From contig CAZZBH010000002.1 in the NCBI GenBank assembly GCA_964652605.1, forward strand, positions 5,956 to 69,955: 64,000 nucleotides of DNA, given 5' to 3'. A program made the position numbers and the translations under genes. Under the pieces are notes generated by a model. That model ran no database searches. It was not told the origin of the DNA and saw only the letters and a program-made list of their open reading frames with translations. The stretch is from an uncultured Planctomycetaceae bacterium (GTDB lineage: Bacteria > Planctomycetota > UBA8742 > UBA2392). Positions 31,628-41,366 of this stretch are shown piece by piece. Position 1 is the stretch's first letter, and every line of letters starts with the position of its first letter.

Positions 31628-34600
31628 ATGCCGAACCTGAACAGCGTGCGCGCAGCGATTCGAGATTTCGATGTCAAGCGCGTACTAACGGGGGAGCTGG
31701 GCTGGGATCAGTGCCACCTGCCGGCACAGTCGGTGGAGATCGGCGAAGTATCATGGAAGCTCCACGCGGTCGCACAGAAGCGCGGCTTTGTCGTCTTCCA
31801 GTGCGAACCGAGTCCAGACGGCCTGATTCCCGAGTACGCCACGCGTAACAAGATCGAGCTCAAAGTTGCGAAGACCGCTTTCGAGCACATGATCGTCTAC
31901 GTGGACGCCGGCAAGACCGCTCAAGTCTGGCAGTGGGCGAAGAAGGAGTCCGGCAAGCCTATACAACGCCGCGAACTTGCCTACCACGCCGGCCACACCG
32001 GCGAGGCTCTAGCCCAGCGCCTTATCAGGCTTCGTTTCACGCTCGAAGAGGAAGGTGAGATCACCCAACCGGAAGTGGTGGCCCGCACCACCGAAGCGAT
32101 GCGTGCCGAGAAGGTTACCAAGCGCTTCTACGAGCGATTCACCAAAGAGCACTCCGCGTTCCTTGATTTCATCGAGGGCATCCGCGAACTCGGCGACCGC
32201 GAGTGGTACGCCTCGCTAATGCTCAACCGCATGATGTTCGTGTACTTCATCCAGAAGAAGGGGTTTCTTGATGGAGACCACGACTATCTGCGCAACCGTC
32301 TCAACAAGATGCGCGACCGAGCCGGCAGTGGCAAGTTCCACAACTTCTACCGCACGTTTCTGCTAACCCTATTCCATAGCGGCCTCGGGCAGCAGGAGGG
32401 CTACCGAACCCCTGAAGTAAAGCAGTTGCTCGGCAAGATTCCGTACCTAAACGGCGGCCTGTTTGACGTGCACCAGCTTGAGCGAGTCAACGCAAAGATT
32501 GACATTCCCGACGAGGCGTTCGAGCGCGTTTTTGACTTTTTCGACGAGTACGATTGGCACCTCGACACCCGCCCCGGTCGCGCTGACAACGAAATCAACC
32601 CCGACGTTTTGGGGTACATCTTCGAGAAGTACATCAACCAGAAGCAGATGGGAGCCTACTACACCAAGGAGGACATCACTGGCTACATCAGCCGCAACAC
32701 CATCATCTCGTCCCTATTCGACAAGGCCAACGCGAATTGCGCAACCGCTTTCAAGTCAGACGGCGGCGTATGGAAGCTGCTGAAGGAGAACCCGGATCGG
32801 TACATCTACCCCGCGGTGAAGCACGGCCTGACGTGGAACTATCGCACGAGCGAGGAACTCGACAAGCCGGTGCCGCTGCCAGCAGACATCGAAGCCGGCG
32901 TTGCGGAGGTGGGTAAGCGCGGCGAGTGGAACAAGACCGCCACTGATGGGGCGGGGTTGCCGACAGAAACATGGCGCGAGGTTATCGCCCGCCGCCAACG
33001 CTACGTGGAGATTTCGAACAAACTGAGGGCCGGTGATGTCAACAACATTGATGACCTGATCAAATTCAATCTTGACATCGAGCGCTTTGCGCTGGACGTG
33101 ATCGAACAATCGGAAGGCACTGACCTCGTCAAGGCCTTTTGGGAGGCACTTCAGGGGCGCGAAGGCAAAGACGGCAAGGTGGTCGAACTGGGCATCTCCG
33201 TGCTCGATCCCACCTGCGGATCCGGTGCATTTCTGTTTGCGGCCCTTGAGGTCTTGAAGCCCCTATACGACGCATGCCTGAACACGATGCGCGGATTCGT
33301 CGAGGACTTGGACCTTGATACCACCCGGGACAACACCAAGAAACTTAGCTGGGCGCGACAGGCGCTAGTGCAGATGGGAAGGCACCCCAGCGAGGACTAC
33401 TTCACATACAAGTCCATCGTCATCAGCAACCTGTTCGGCGTGGATATCATGGAGGAGGCAGTTGAGATCTGCAAACTGCGTCTCTTCCTCAAGTTGGTAG
33501 CTCAACTGGAAACACCAGAGCAGATTGAGCCGCTGCCGGACATCGATTTCAACATCCGTCCGGGCAACACACTGGTGGGCTTTGCCACGATGGACGAGGT
33601 GAAGCGCGTCATCGAAGGACAGAAGGGAAGAACCCCAAAGAAGCTGGACTTTGGCGGCGAGTACCGACAGATCGAAGAACGTGCGGAAGAAGTGGCGAGA
33701 GCGTACGGAATGTTCCGTCACATGCAGACAGAACAGCAGATGGACGGAGTCGCATTCGTTGAAGCCAAGGAAAAACTTCGAAAGCGACTTGACGCCCTAA
33801 AGGTGGACCTCGACGCGTTCCGTTCGTCTGACTACGGCATCCCCAAGGACAAACCAAAGTTGCTCCACGAGTGGCGAACAAGCCACCAGCCGTTGCACTG
33901 GCCGGCGGATTTCTATGCCATTGTTCGGCACGGTGGTTTCGATGTCATCATTGGCAATCCTCCGTACATAGAGCTAAAAGAAATTGCAAACTACGAGATT
34001 CGGGGATACGAGTGTATCCCCAGCGGGAATCTCTACGCCGTAATCATTGAGCGCTGCAGCAGGCTTTGCCACGCCGGATCCCGGCAAGGCTTCATTGTTC
34101 CAGTATCCTCCGTGTCGACTGACCGATACGAAACTTTGAGGCGCATGCTGGGCATGCAAGAGGATTGCTTCAGCTCCTATGACGACCGCCCTTCGAGGCT
34201 ATTTGATGGCTTAGAACACATTCGATTGACGATCCACCTCCTTGGCGGTCGTGGCGCCATACCTAACTCCACACGCTACAACAAGTGGTTCGCGCAGGAG
34301 CGCGCAATGTTGTTTGAGAGGCTGGAGTTCGTCGAAGCGGCTCCAACAATTGTCGATGGCAGTTGGCCAAAGCTAGGTTCGCGTGTGGAACATGCCATTC
34401 TTCAAAAGCTCTTGGGGCAAAAGGCAATCCTGCGTGAATTTTATGCGAGTCAGTCAGAGCATCGTATCTACTACTCAAGGAAGGTGGGCTACTTCTTGCA
34501 AGTCCTAGACTTCGAGCCAACAGTACTGGACGGTAGAGGCTCCCGGCGCGCGCCCTCAGAGTTCAAGACGATTGCCTTCAAAACCGCAGCTCAAGCAAGA

Positions 34601-34987
34601 CTGGCGCTATGCTGCCTGAATTCCAGTTTGTTCTATTGGTTCGTAACCGTGCTGTCCGACTGCCGCCATCTGAACAAGCGCGAGATCGATGCTTTCCCGA
34701 TCAATCTAGCCGAGCTTGAGGCAAGCACTGTAGAGAAGCATCTCGTGGGTCTTGGGCAAAGCCTAATGCGTGATCTTCAGCTCCACTCCGAGGACCGAAC
34801 CATGCGGTTTCGGCACGACACTCTTACGATTCAGTGCATCTACCCCAAGCATAGCAAGCCGTTTATTGACCGCATCGATGCTTTGCTAGCGAAGCACTAT
34901 AGGTTCGCGCCAGAGGAGCTGGACTTTATTGTCAATTACGACGCGAAATACCGCATGGGGCCGCATGACGGTGAAGTGGACCGCTAG
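31628..34987 (+). CDS. MmeI/Eco57I-family (type IIG / PglX-like) N6-adenine DNA methyltransferase with an N-terminal PD-ExK nuclease-like head domain
   Basis: Hallmarks are QKQMGAYYTKEDITGYI, the AdoMet/catalytic motif DVIIGNPPYIE (NPPY), a large size (1119 aa) and a C-terminal TRD-like region. The N-terminal ~110 aa carry PDG...IELK (PD-x13-ExK). It starts 4 nt after the helicase stop. Confidence 0.75.
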   Translation: MPNLNSVRAAIRDFDVKRVLTGELGWDQCHLPAQSVEIGEVSWKLHAVAQKRGFVVFQCEPSPDGLIPEYATRNKIELKVAKTAFEHMIVYVDAGKTAQVWQWAKKESGKPIQRRELAYHAGHTGEALAQRLIRLRFTLEEEGEITQPEVVARTTEAMRAEKVTKRFYERFTKEHSAFLDFIEGIRELGDREWYASLMLNRMMFVYFIQKKGFLDGDHDYLRNRLNKMRDRAGSGKFHNFYRTFLLTLFHSGLGQQEGYRTPEVKQLLGKIPYLNGGLFDVHQLERVNAKIDIPDEAFERVFDFFDEYDWHLDTRPGRADNEINPDVLGYIFEKYINQKQMGAYYTKEDITGYISRNTIISSLFDKANANCATAFKSDGGVWKLLKENPDRYIYPAVKHGLTWNYRTSEELDKPVPLPADIEAGVAEVGKRGEWNKTATDGAGLPTETWREVIARRQRYVEISNKLRAGDVNNIDDLIKFNLDIERFALDVIEQSEGTDLVKAFWEALQGREGKDGKVVELGISVLDPTCGSGAFLFAALEVLKPLYDACLNTMRGFVEDLDLDTTRDNTKKLSWARQALVQMGRHPSEDYFTYKSIVISNLFGVDIMEEAVEICKLRLFLKLVAQLETPEQIEPLPDIDFNIRPGNTLVGFATMDEVKRVIEGQKGRTPKKLDFGGEYRQIEERAEEVARAYGMFRHMQTEQQMDGVAFVEAKEKLRKRLDALKVDLDAFRSSDYGIPKDKPKLLHEWRTSHQPLHWPADFYAIVRHGGFDVIIGNPPYIELKEIANYEIRGYECIPSGNLYAVIIERCSRLCHAGSRQGFIVPVSSVSTDRYETLRRMLGMQEDCFSSYDDRPSRLFDGLEHIRLTIHLLGGRGAIPNSTRYNKWFAQERAMLFERLEFVEAAPTIVDGSWPKLGSRVEHAILQKLLGQKAILREFYASQSEHRIYYSRKVGYFLQVLDFEPTVLDGRGSRRAPSEFKTIAFKTAAQARLALCCLNSSLFYWFVTVLSDCRHLNKREIDAFPINLAELEASTVEKHLVGLGQSLMRDLQLHSEDRTMRFRHDTLTIQCIYPKHSKPFIDRIDALLAKHYRFAPEELDFIVNYDAKYRMGPHDGEVDR

Positions 34988-35203
34988 CGGGCATGCCTAC
35001 TCAAGAGGTAGCTACGTGCGCAGAAGCGACTGCCTACGATGCGGTGTTAGGCATGGACGTGCTGCAACGCTGGCGCTTGGAGTACGAGGGTCCGGACAGG
35101 CACCTTTACCTGAAACTGCTGCAGTGACAGCTGTGCGTGGGGGCTCAACGGGACGTCAAACTACGTGCGAGCCCAACGACAAAGGGTGCGAGAGGCATGA
35201 TCG

Positions 35204-36676
35204 ATGGACAGCGTCGAAACCGCACTCCTAGGTCACGCTTTTGACGAGTTGTTCGTCGAGCACCTCGGGTGGGATCGTGTGAAAGCTGCGGTCTCCCTCG
35301 AATGTCGTGGCACATCCTTCGTTCTGAGCGCCGTGGCGCACAAGCGAGGCTTTACCGTCTTTAGCTGCTTGACACACCGCACGGTCGTTGCAGATCGCCA
35401 CTTTCTACGCGACATTCAGCGGCAACTTCGTAAGACTTACCACGAGCACATCATTGTCTTCCACTGCGATGCGCCGCCCAAGCAGGTGTGGGCGTGGGCC
35501 TTTGCCGCTGACGACAAGCGCGCGGTGGAACACCGCGAACACCCATTCTTTTCGGATCAACCGCCTCCGTTGCTGCTCCAGCGACTCCACGGCTTGGCGT
35601 TCCGGCTTGAAGAAGAGGCGAGCATCACTCTCGTTGACGCGATAAGCCGCGTCCGGCAAGCCCTTGTACCGGAATCCGAGTTCAACCTATTCGCCAAATG
35701 GCCGGGATATGCGCGGAAAACGGAACGACTGGCACTCGCCTATCGCGATGGAGACGCGTCGGCACTGCCGAGAATCGTAGAGATGCACCTGATGTTGGCC
35801 AAGAAGTGGTCGTGGCTGGCAAGGGCATGGTTTGGGCTCGACAAAGATGATGCTGGCCAAATCGCCGTGCTCGGATTGATCGAAGCCGCCCGTCGGTTCG
35901 ATCCCACGCTGGGGTACCAGTTCTCAACCTATGCAGTGGTGTGGATTCGTCAGGCTTGCTCCCGCGAAGGCCTTGAGGCAAGCCAGTTCATCCAGATACC
36001 TAGCTACCTGCACTGGCCAAGTGCCAGAATTGAACGGGCGCAACGCCAGATTGAACGTCGGCATGGCCCCACCGCTGCCGCATGTGCAGTTGATCGGCTG
36101 CTCGCCAAGGAGGGCATTCAGTTCGATTACTGGCATCACGGCCAACTCGCGCGCGAGCTTCGCCTTGCCGTGAATTTGCCCAAACGTCAGTGGAAGGTCT
36201 TTCATTTGGAGGACACGGTCACCCCCGTGGACGCCCTCGAACTCAAGGAGTTACAAGCGGCTATTCACGAAGAACTCGGAAGGCTCCCAGCTCGTGATGC
36301 GGATGTACTCCGCAAGCGGTTCGGCCTCGATGGACCCGTGATGAGGCTACGGGAAATCGCGAAGCCGCTGGGTTTGACCCGCGAACGCATCCGGCAGATT
36401 CAACGGAACGCAATGGAGTTGCTGCGAGGGCGCCTTGCCGCGCGTGGCATCGTTCCTGAGGGCATTGACGTGGGTTACGACTCCTTCGACGAAGATGAGG
36501 AGTCCTTCCCGCCGGCATCCGAAATGCAGTTCTCAGGAGCACCTGATCATGCGTCTCCATCGCTAGACGCGGGCGGTGTCGCAGACGATTCTACACTTGA
36601 CGAGACGGGCACATTTGACTTGAGCAGTCTGCAACGAGAGATGGCCTTTGACGACACCGAAGCTGTCACTGAGTGA
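35204..36676 (+). CDS. Sigma-70-family sigma factor fused to an N-terminal domain homologous to the methyltransferase's nuclease-like head (catalytic residues substituted)
   Basis: Sigma region 2 is DAGQIAVLGLIEAARRFDPTLGYQFSTYAVVWIRQAC. Region 4.2 HTH is LPARDADVLRKRFGLDGPVMRLREIAKPLGLTRERIRQIQRNAMELLR. Residues ~20-105 align to the N-terminus of the 31628 product (LGWD, AVAxKRGFxVFxC, EHxIVxxDA..QVWxWA). Confidence 0.6.
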   Translation: MDSVETALLGHAFDELFVEHLGWDRVKAAVSLECRGTSFVLSAVAHKRGFTVFSCLTHRTVVADRHFLRDIQRQLRKTYHEHIIVFHCDAPPKQVWAWAFAADDKRAVEHREHPFFSDQPPPLLLQRLHGLAFRLEEEASITLVDAISRVRQALVPESEFNLFAKWPGYARKTERLALAYRDGDASALPRIVEMHLMLAKKWSWLARAWFGLDKDDAGQIAVLGLIEAARRFDPTLGYQFSTYAVVWIRQACSREGLEASQFIQIPSYLHWPSARIERAQRQIERRHGPTAAACAVDRLLAKEGIQFDYWHHGQLARELRLAVNLPKRQWKVFHLEDTVTPVDALELKELQAAIHEELGRLPARDADVLRKRFGLDGPVMRLREIAKPLGLTRERIRQIQRNAMELLRGRLAARGIVPEGIDVGYDSFDEDEESFPPASEMQFSGAPDHASPSLDAGGVADDSTLDETGTFDLSSLQREMAFDDTEAVTE

Positions 36677-37244
36677 AGTACGGCGGTCAATGCCGGACTA
36701 TCCGGCTCATCTTCCGGACCGACTTGGTCGCCGGGCTCCCAAAGTGCTGTGGGTGATGGGCGATGCTGGCCTGCTAGGTCAGGACCTGTTGGCGATCCTT
36801 TGCTCGGTGCGCTGCCCCGGAAACGAGATTCTCAAGCTGTTCGACGTTGCCCGCGGGCTGCGCGATGCCGGCGTAGGAGTCATAAGCGGCTTCCATACAC
36901 CCATGGAAAAGGAGTGCCTCGTAACGCTCCTGCGCGGCAAGCAGCCGATCGTAATGTGCCCTGCCCGAAGCGTGCACGGCATGAGGGTACGGCCGGAATG
37001 GCGGGCTGCACTTGACGGCGGCCGGCTAGCCATCGTTTCACCCTTTCCGGCAAGCGTGAGTCGGGCTACGAAAGCGTCGGCAGCAGCGCGCAACCGGCTT
37101 GTGGCGGCAATAGCAAGTGACGTGATGATTGCTCACGCCCAACCCGGGGGTCAAACTGCGAGACTTGCGGAGGAACTCACGAAGTCTGGTCGTCCGCCTT
37201 GGGGTTTGGACTCCGCAAACCTTCACCGGCTAGTCAAACCGTAG
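36648..37244 (+). CDS. DprA/Smf-like Rossmann (SLOG superfamily) protein
   Basis: ..VISGFHTPMEKECL...RLAIVSPFPA...ARNRLVAAIASDVMIAHAQPGGQTARLAEE.. parallels the DprA motif RNRIIAGLS..VVVEA..SGSLITAR. It overlaps the sigma gene's 3' end by 29 nt. Confidence 0.5.
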   Translation: MTTPKLSLSEVRRSMPDYPAHLPDRLGRRAPKVLWVMGDAGLLGQDLLAILCSVRCPGNEILKLFDVARGLRDAGVGVISGFHTPMEKECLVTLLRGKQPIVMCPARSVHGMRVRPEWRAALDGGRLAIVSPFPASVSRATKASAAARNRLVAAIASDVMIAHAQPGGQTARLAEELTKSGRPPWGLDSANLHRLVKP

Positions 37245-37335
37245 CGTGGCATCGCCACCCCTCACTCCTGAAACTACGACGACAGTCGCAATGGCGCCTT
37301 GTGCTTTGTAGGGTCTGGCCACCTAGGGGGACGAC

Positions 37336-39123
37336 ATGAAGTTGGGTGAACTCACACACCGCGACCTTGATGCTGAGGTCCAGCAGATTGCGGAGAAGCA
37401 CCAGCATAGGCTGAAGAGAGACGATGCCTTCGTCGTCTGGTTTCTGCGGGCATACGTTACCGACGATGAAGATCGCTCATTACGTGCACTGACAGGTGGA
37501 TCTGGCGACAAGAGCGTCGACGCCACGCTGATCGACCGTCGAGCCAAGGTCGTGTTTGTCGTGCAGGGAAAGTACCGTCACGAAGTAAACAGGGGCAACG
37601 AACGGCGGTCAGACGTACTTGCCTTTGCCCAATTGGCCCACTGGATCCAGCAGGCGTCCCGGCCGGAATTCGACCAGTTCGCGGAGGGTATGGACGCCCT
37701 GACCGCGGACGCACTACGCGAAGCGCGACAGGCGGTTCAGAAGGACAAACATCGCCTGATCCTCTACTACGCTACGCTGTCAAAAGTGTCGCCATCGGTG
37801 GCACGAGATGCTGTGGCTGAAGTAAGGCGAAGCACGCCCCGAGACTTCCCCAAGGCAGAGATTGAAGTCTTTGATGGCAACCGCGTGATGCACCTATTCC
37901 GCGACTGCATGGATGGCGTGGCGCCACCGATTCGGGAACTGGAACTGGAGATGGAGCACGGCCCCAAGGTACAGGTCGGCGCGCTCATGCATCGGCACGA
38001 CTCCGCAAAGCAGATCAACAGTTGGGCCTTCCCCATGCGCGGAGACAAGGTGGCCGAATTGTACGATGTTGCACGCGACCGGCTGTTTGCCCGGAACATC
38101 CGCGGCTATCTTGGTGAGAGGACACAAATCAACAAGGACATGTTGGATACGTTGAAGTCCCAGCCGGAGAACTTTTTCTACTTCAACAACGGCGTCACGA
38201 TTGTCTGCGACGGCGCCGAAGAACTTGGCTCGGGCTTATCGAGACGGCTTCGTGTGGCCAACCCGCAAGTGATCAACGGACAGCAAACTACGCGAACCCT
38301 GTGGCAGCACGCCAAGTTTGCAGTCGATGCAAGCGTCTTGGTCAAGGTAATGGCTGTGCCACGCGATCCAGAAGGAGACGGGGACTCGTTTGACGACCTC
38401 GTTTCCAACATCGTTGCCGGCACAAACTGGCAGAACGCAATCAAGCAGGCAGACCTGCGCGCCAATGACCGCAAGCAAGTGGCCCTTGAACGCGAGCTAC
38501 GGAAGCTCGGCTACCTCTACGTTCGAAAGCGCCAGTCCAAAGGCGAAGCCAAACGTGCCGTACGTGCAAAGCACTTGCGAGCAGTAACCAAGGAGGAGCT
38601 GGCCCAAGCCGTGGCTGGGTGCGAATTGGATCCTGTCGTTAGTCGATCCGGCAAAGACAACCTCTTTGCGGAGGACCTCTACGACAGTGTGTTCCCAAAC
38701 ACAGACCCGCACTTCTACCTGAACAGATACCACGTGATGCGACAGGTTGCCTATGTGGCGCGTGGTAATCCGCAACGATCGTACTTCAAATGGTTGATCC
38801 TCGGATTCGTGTGGGGCGAGTTTCGCCACTATTTGGGCAAAGCGTCCTCACGAGAAGCGTTTCGGCAGGCGTGGCAGCGCGGCGACAGCACAGTGCTGAC
38901 TCCACTGAACAGAGCCATTGACACGGCGTTTCGCGATGCATGGCGCTTCTTCCGCGTCTACCGCGGCAAGGGCGACGAGCAGCTAGACGCCTCGCAGTTC
39001 TTCCGCAACCACAAGGGACGCGACAAGCAGTTCGGCAAGTTCTGGCAGCGCCGGGGCAATAGAGAGCGGCAGCGCCTTGAATCCGCTCTACGGAACGCCG
39101 CCAACGCAGTCGACAAGATTTAG
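37336..39123 (+). CDS. AIPR-like (abortive infection phage resistance) protein with N-terminal nuclease-like motif
   Basis: The N-terminus TGGSGDKSVDATLIDRRAKVVFVVQGKY resembles the G.GD.GIDA...Q.KY signature of AIPR-family proteins. At 595 aa it is consistent with that family. Confidence 0.4.
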   Translation: MKLGELTHRDLDAEVQQIAEKHQHRLKRDDAFVVWFLRAYVTDDEDRSLRALTGGSGDKSVDATLIDRRAKVVFVVQGKYRHEVNRGNERRSDVLAFAQLAHWIQQASRPEFDQFAEGMDALTADALREARQAVQKDKHRLILYYATLSKVSPSVARDAVAEVRRSTPRDFPKAEIEVFDGNRVMHLFRDCMDGVAPPIRELELEMEHGPKVQVGALMHRHDSAKQINSWAFPMRGDKVAELYDVARDRLFARNIRGYLGERTQINKDMLDTLKSQPENFFYFNNGVTIVCDGAEELGSGLSRRLRVANPQVINGQQTTRTLWQHAKFAVDASVLVKVMAVPRDPEGDGDSFDDLVSNIVAGTNWQNAIKQADLRANDRKQVALERELRKLGYLYVRKRQSKGEAKRAVRAKHLRAVTKEELAQAVAGCELDPVVSRSGKDNLFAEDLYDSVFPNTDPHFYLNRYHVMRQVAYVARGNPQRSYFKWLILGFVWGEFRHYLGKASSREAFRQAWQRGDSTVLTPLNRAIDTAFRDAWRFFRVYRGKGDEQLDASQFFRNHKGRDKQFGKFWQRRGNRERQRLESALRNAANAVDKI

Positions 39124-39262
39124 CTTCATCTCGTGCAACGCCGGCAACACCACTGCCAACTTCGTTGCGTTGCGGTCGACATACGAGCCGGCGGACAATG
39201 GCTGACCCGACAAGTGGCCGGTCCGTGAACTTGAATCAGCCATCGGTTTGCGGGTCGTCGGG

Positions 39263-40468
39263 TTACGCGAGGGTTGCCCAGCGCTGTTCGAGGATCACGC
39301 CGCGACGTTGTTCCAAAATCTTCAACGCTGCACGATTTGCATTGATAGATTCGGTAAAGTCCCGGTCGTCTGCTCGAACCGCAACGCTACGGAGTTCCTT
39401 GAGCAGTTGCTCTGCTTGGTTCAAACCTGCCTCATGGTGAGCGACGGTTGCGGCGAACGATTCCTTGCGTGTGTGCATCACCTGATCTCGCAAGCATGCA
39501 AGGTAGTGGCGAAACGAGTCCGGCTCGCCATAAGCGACTGTGCTAGGTTGCGCTTCGCCGAACAGCAAGGAACTGTACTGCTGGAGGTGAGTTGGCACTG
39601 CCATCTTGTGCAGAACACCAAGTTGCTTGGCTACATCTAGGGCTCGCACTTTGTACTCGGATAGGGCTTGCGGGCAGTAGTACCAAAGTGCGCGCTGCAG
39701 TTTCTGCTCCTCTTCCGGCTCGTAAAACTTCTCAGGTGAGAAGACACGAACGTTCTTCCAAGTGCCCGAAGCGACGGCATTGGCTCCTGCGGCTGCTGCG
39801 ATCAACATCTGTTGATTACAGTAGCCTACAACGACCTCGACACCTTTGAGCCGAAGGCCAGCAATGAAATCCAGTGCATTCCCAAGCCAGATCGGATCTT
39901 CAACGAAGTAGCCGCCGTTGGGATGCTGGAGCACGATGTAGACACCTTGCACATTCCAAGTGGGCACTCGTTCGAGTACTTCGTGTATCTGGTTGACATC
40001 AGCCACAGCCGGGCCGCCAAGCGCGATGGTCGCCATCCTTCGGCGCGCTGGCATCTGGGTTGCACACGCCGCTGCAATCTGCTCCTGTCGTTCTAGCCAC
40101 TCGTCGTTGACAGTCTCTGATAGCAGGCCGGGCAAGATTACGGCGGCAGTGCCGATCTCTAGGTTGACGGCGGCGATGCTGGCGACCGACCGGGTCAGAT
40201 CATTTCCGCCAAAAAACGTTCCGCTGTCATAGCTGGCCGGAAACGAATCGTGGCTCTTGAGTCGCTCATGGTTCGCGTGCGGAACATACCACTGCGGATC
40301 AAAGAGCAAACGGACGCCCTCCACCTGCGCGATTTTGCCTGCTTGGGACGCTAACCACTCGGGCTTGATGTCTCTGGGACTAAGAATGACGGTGCCACCA
40401 CCCCATTCGCTGCATAGCGAGATCGAGTGGTCCATCATCCCATGTCCGAACTGGAGGGCAAATTCCAT
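39263..40468 (-). CDS. Hypothetical protein (last gene of the kinase operon)
   Basis: A 401-aa ORF whose start is 10 nt from the kinase stop. No family recognised. Confidence 0.35.
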   Translation of the reverse strand: MEFALQFGHGMMDHSISLCSEWGGGTVILSPRDIKPEWLASQAGKIAQVEGVRLLFDPQWYVPHANHERLKSHDSFPASYDSGTFFGGNDLTRSVASIAAVNLEIGTAAVILPGLLSETVNDEWLERQEQIAAACATQMPARRRMATIALGGPAVADVNQIHEVLERVPTWNVQGVYIVLQHPNGGYFVEDPIWLGNALDFIAGLRLKGVEVVVGYCNQQMLIAAAAGANAVASGTWKNVRVFSPEKFYEPEEEQKLQRALWYYCPQALSEYKVRALDVAKQLGVLHKMAVPTHLQQYSSLLFGEAQPSTVAYGEPDSFRHYLACLRDQVMHTRKESFAATVAHHEAGLNQAEQLLKELRSVAVRADDRDFTESINANRAALKILEQRRGVILEQRWATLA

Positions 40469-40478
40469 TTTCTGTTCC

Positions 40479-41366
40479 TTAGAGCGTTCTTGCCCAATCC
40501 AGTGCTGACTGGGCGGACTCAGGTCGATGGTCTCGTCGAGGTTGGGCTAGCGTCCGGACAAATGCGTCAAACCTGCCGCCAACATCGTCCTTCAGCTGCA
40601 GACGCGGCAAGGGGCTGTTCTCCACGCGTTGGCAGACCTCGAAGGCATCCTTCGCCCCGACTCGGAAGTGGTTGGCCCCGGTAACTGCCTCGTAGAGGGT
40701 CGCACCAAGGGCAAACAAGTCGGCACGCGCGTCTAACTCCCGCTTCTTGTTCTGAAACTGTTCAGGAGGAGCGTAGCCCAGTGTCCCAACTCCGCCGACC
40801 TGACCGGAAGCTGTCAACGACTCAAGGTCAAGATGCCGTGCGATTCCGAAGTCAAGAAGCCAGAAGTTGCCCGTAGGATCGCAAACAATGTTGTCCGGCT
40901 TCACATCCCTATGGATTACACGCGCACTCTCAGCCGCGGCGAGTGCCTCTAGGACATGGGTGGCCAAGCGCTTGGCATCTGCTACGGATAGTGGCGAAGC
41001 ATTGATCACCGCGCGAAGCTGGTCGCCGGGGACGAATTCCTCAAGAAGCCAAACCAGAGAACCTACGACTGAGTCACGTATGTCGGCGTGATAGATGTGG
41101 GGAACGCGTGGGCATTTCACTGCCACAACCGCCTGAATTTCTCGTTGGATTCGTTCTAGATCGGCGTGAGGCTTGATGAGCTTCAGGACGGCTGGCCTGC
41201 CGTCATTGGTCTCGCATGCGAATACCCATTTTTGCCCGCCTTCTCCCAGCGGCCGCAGCGCGGCGAGTTCGGGAAACAACGCTTGAACCATCGGAATGGA
41301 CAGCTGCATTTGTGGGTCCGTCGGCACGCAGTGCTGGGAGCCTACGCGGCCAACCGCGAGGCCCAC
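40479..41366 (-). CDS. Hanks-type serine/threonine protein kinase
   Basis: Present are the Gly-loop LGEGGQKWVFAC, the VAIK-like AVLKLIK, the catalytic loop HRDVKPDNIV, DFGIA and GTLGYAPPE. Confidence 0.8.
   Translation of the reverse strand: MGLAVGRVGSQHCVPTDPQMQLSIPMVQALFPELAALRPLGEGGQKWVFACETNDGRPAVLKLIKPHADLERIQREIQAVVAVKCPRVPHIYHADIRDSVVGSLVWLLEEFVPGDQLRAVINASPLSVADAKRLATHVLEALAAAESARVIHRDVKPDNIVCDPTGNFWLLDFGIARHLDLESLTASGQVGGVGTLGYAPPEQFQNKKRELDARADLFALGATLYEAVTGANHFRVGAKDAFEVCQRVENSPLPRLQLKDDVGGRFDAFVRTLAQPRRDHRPESAQSALDWARTL

Noticed and set aside
31628-34987. Calling the MTase BREX PglX or the locus DISARM
   Set aside because: No PglZ, BrxC, BrxL, DrmA or DrmB (DUF1998) homologues are recognisable anywhere in the island. 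I describe it as related to but distinct from these systems.
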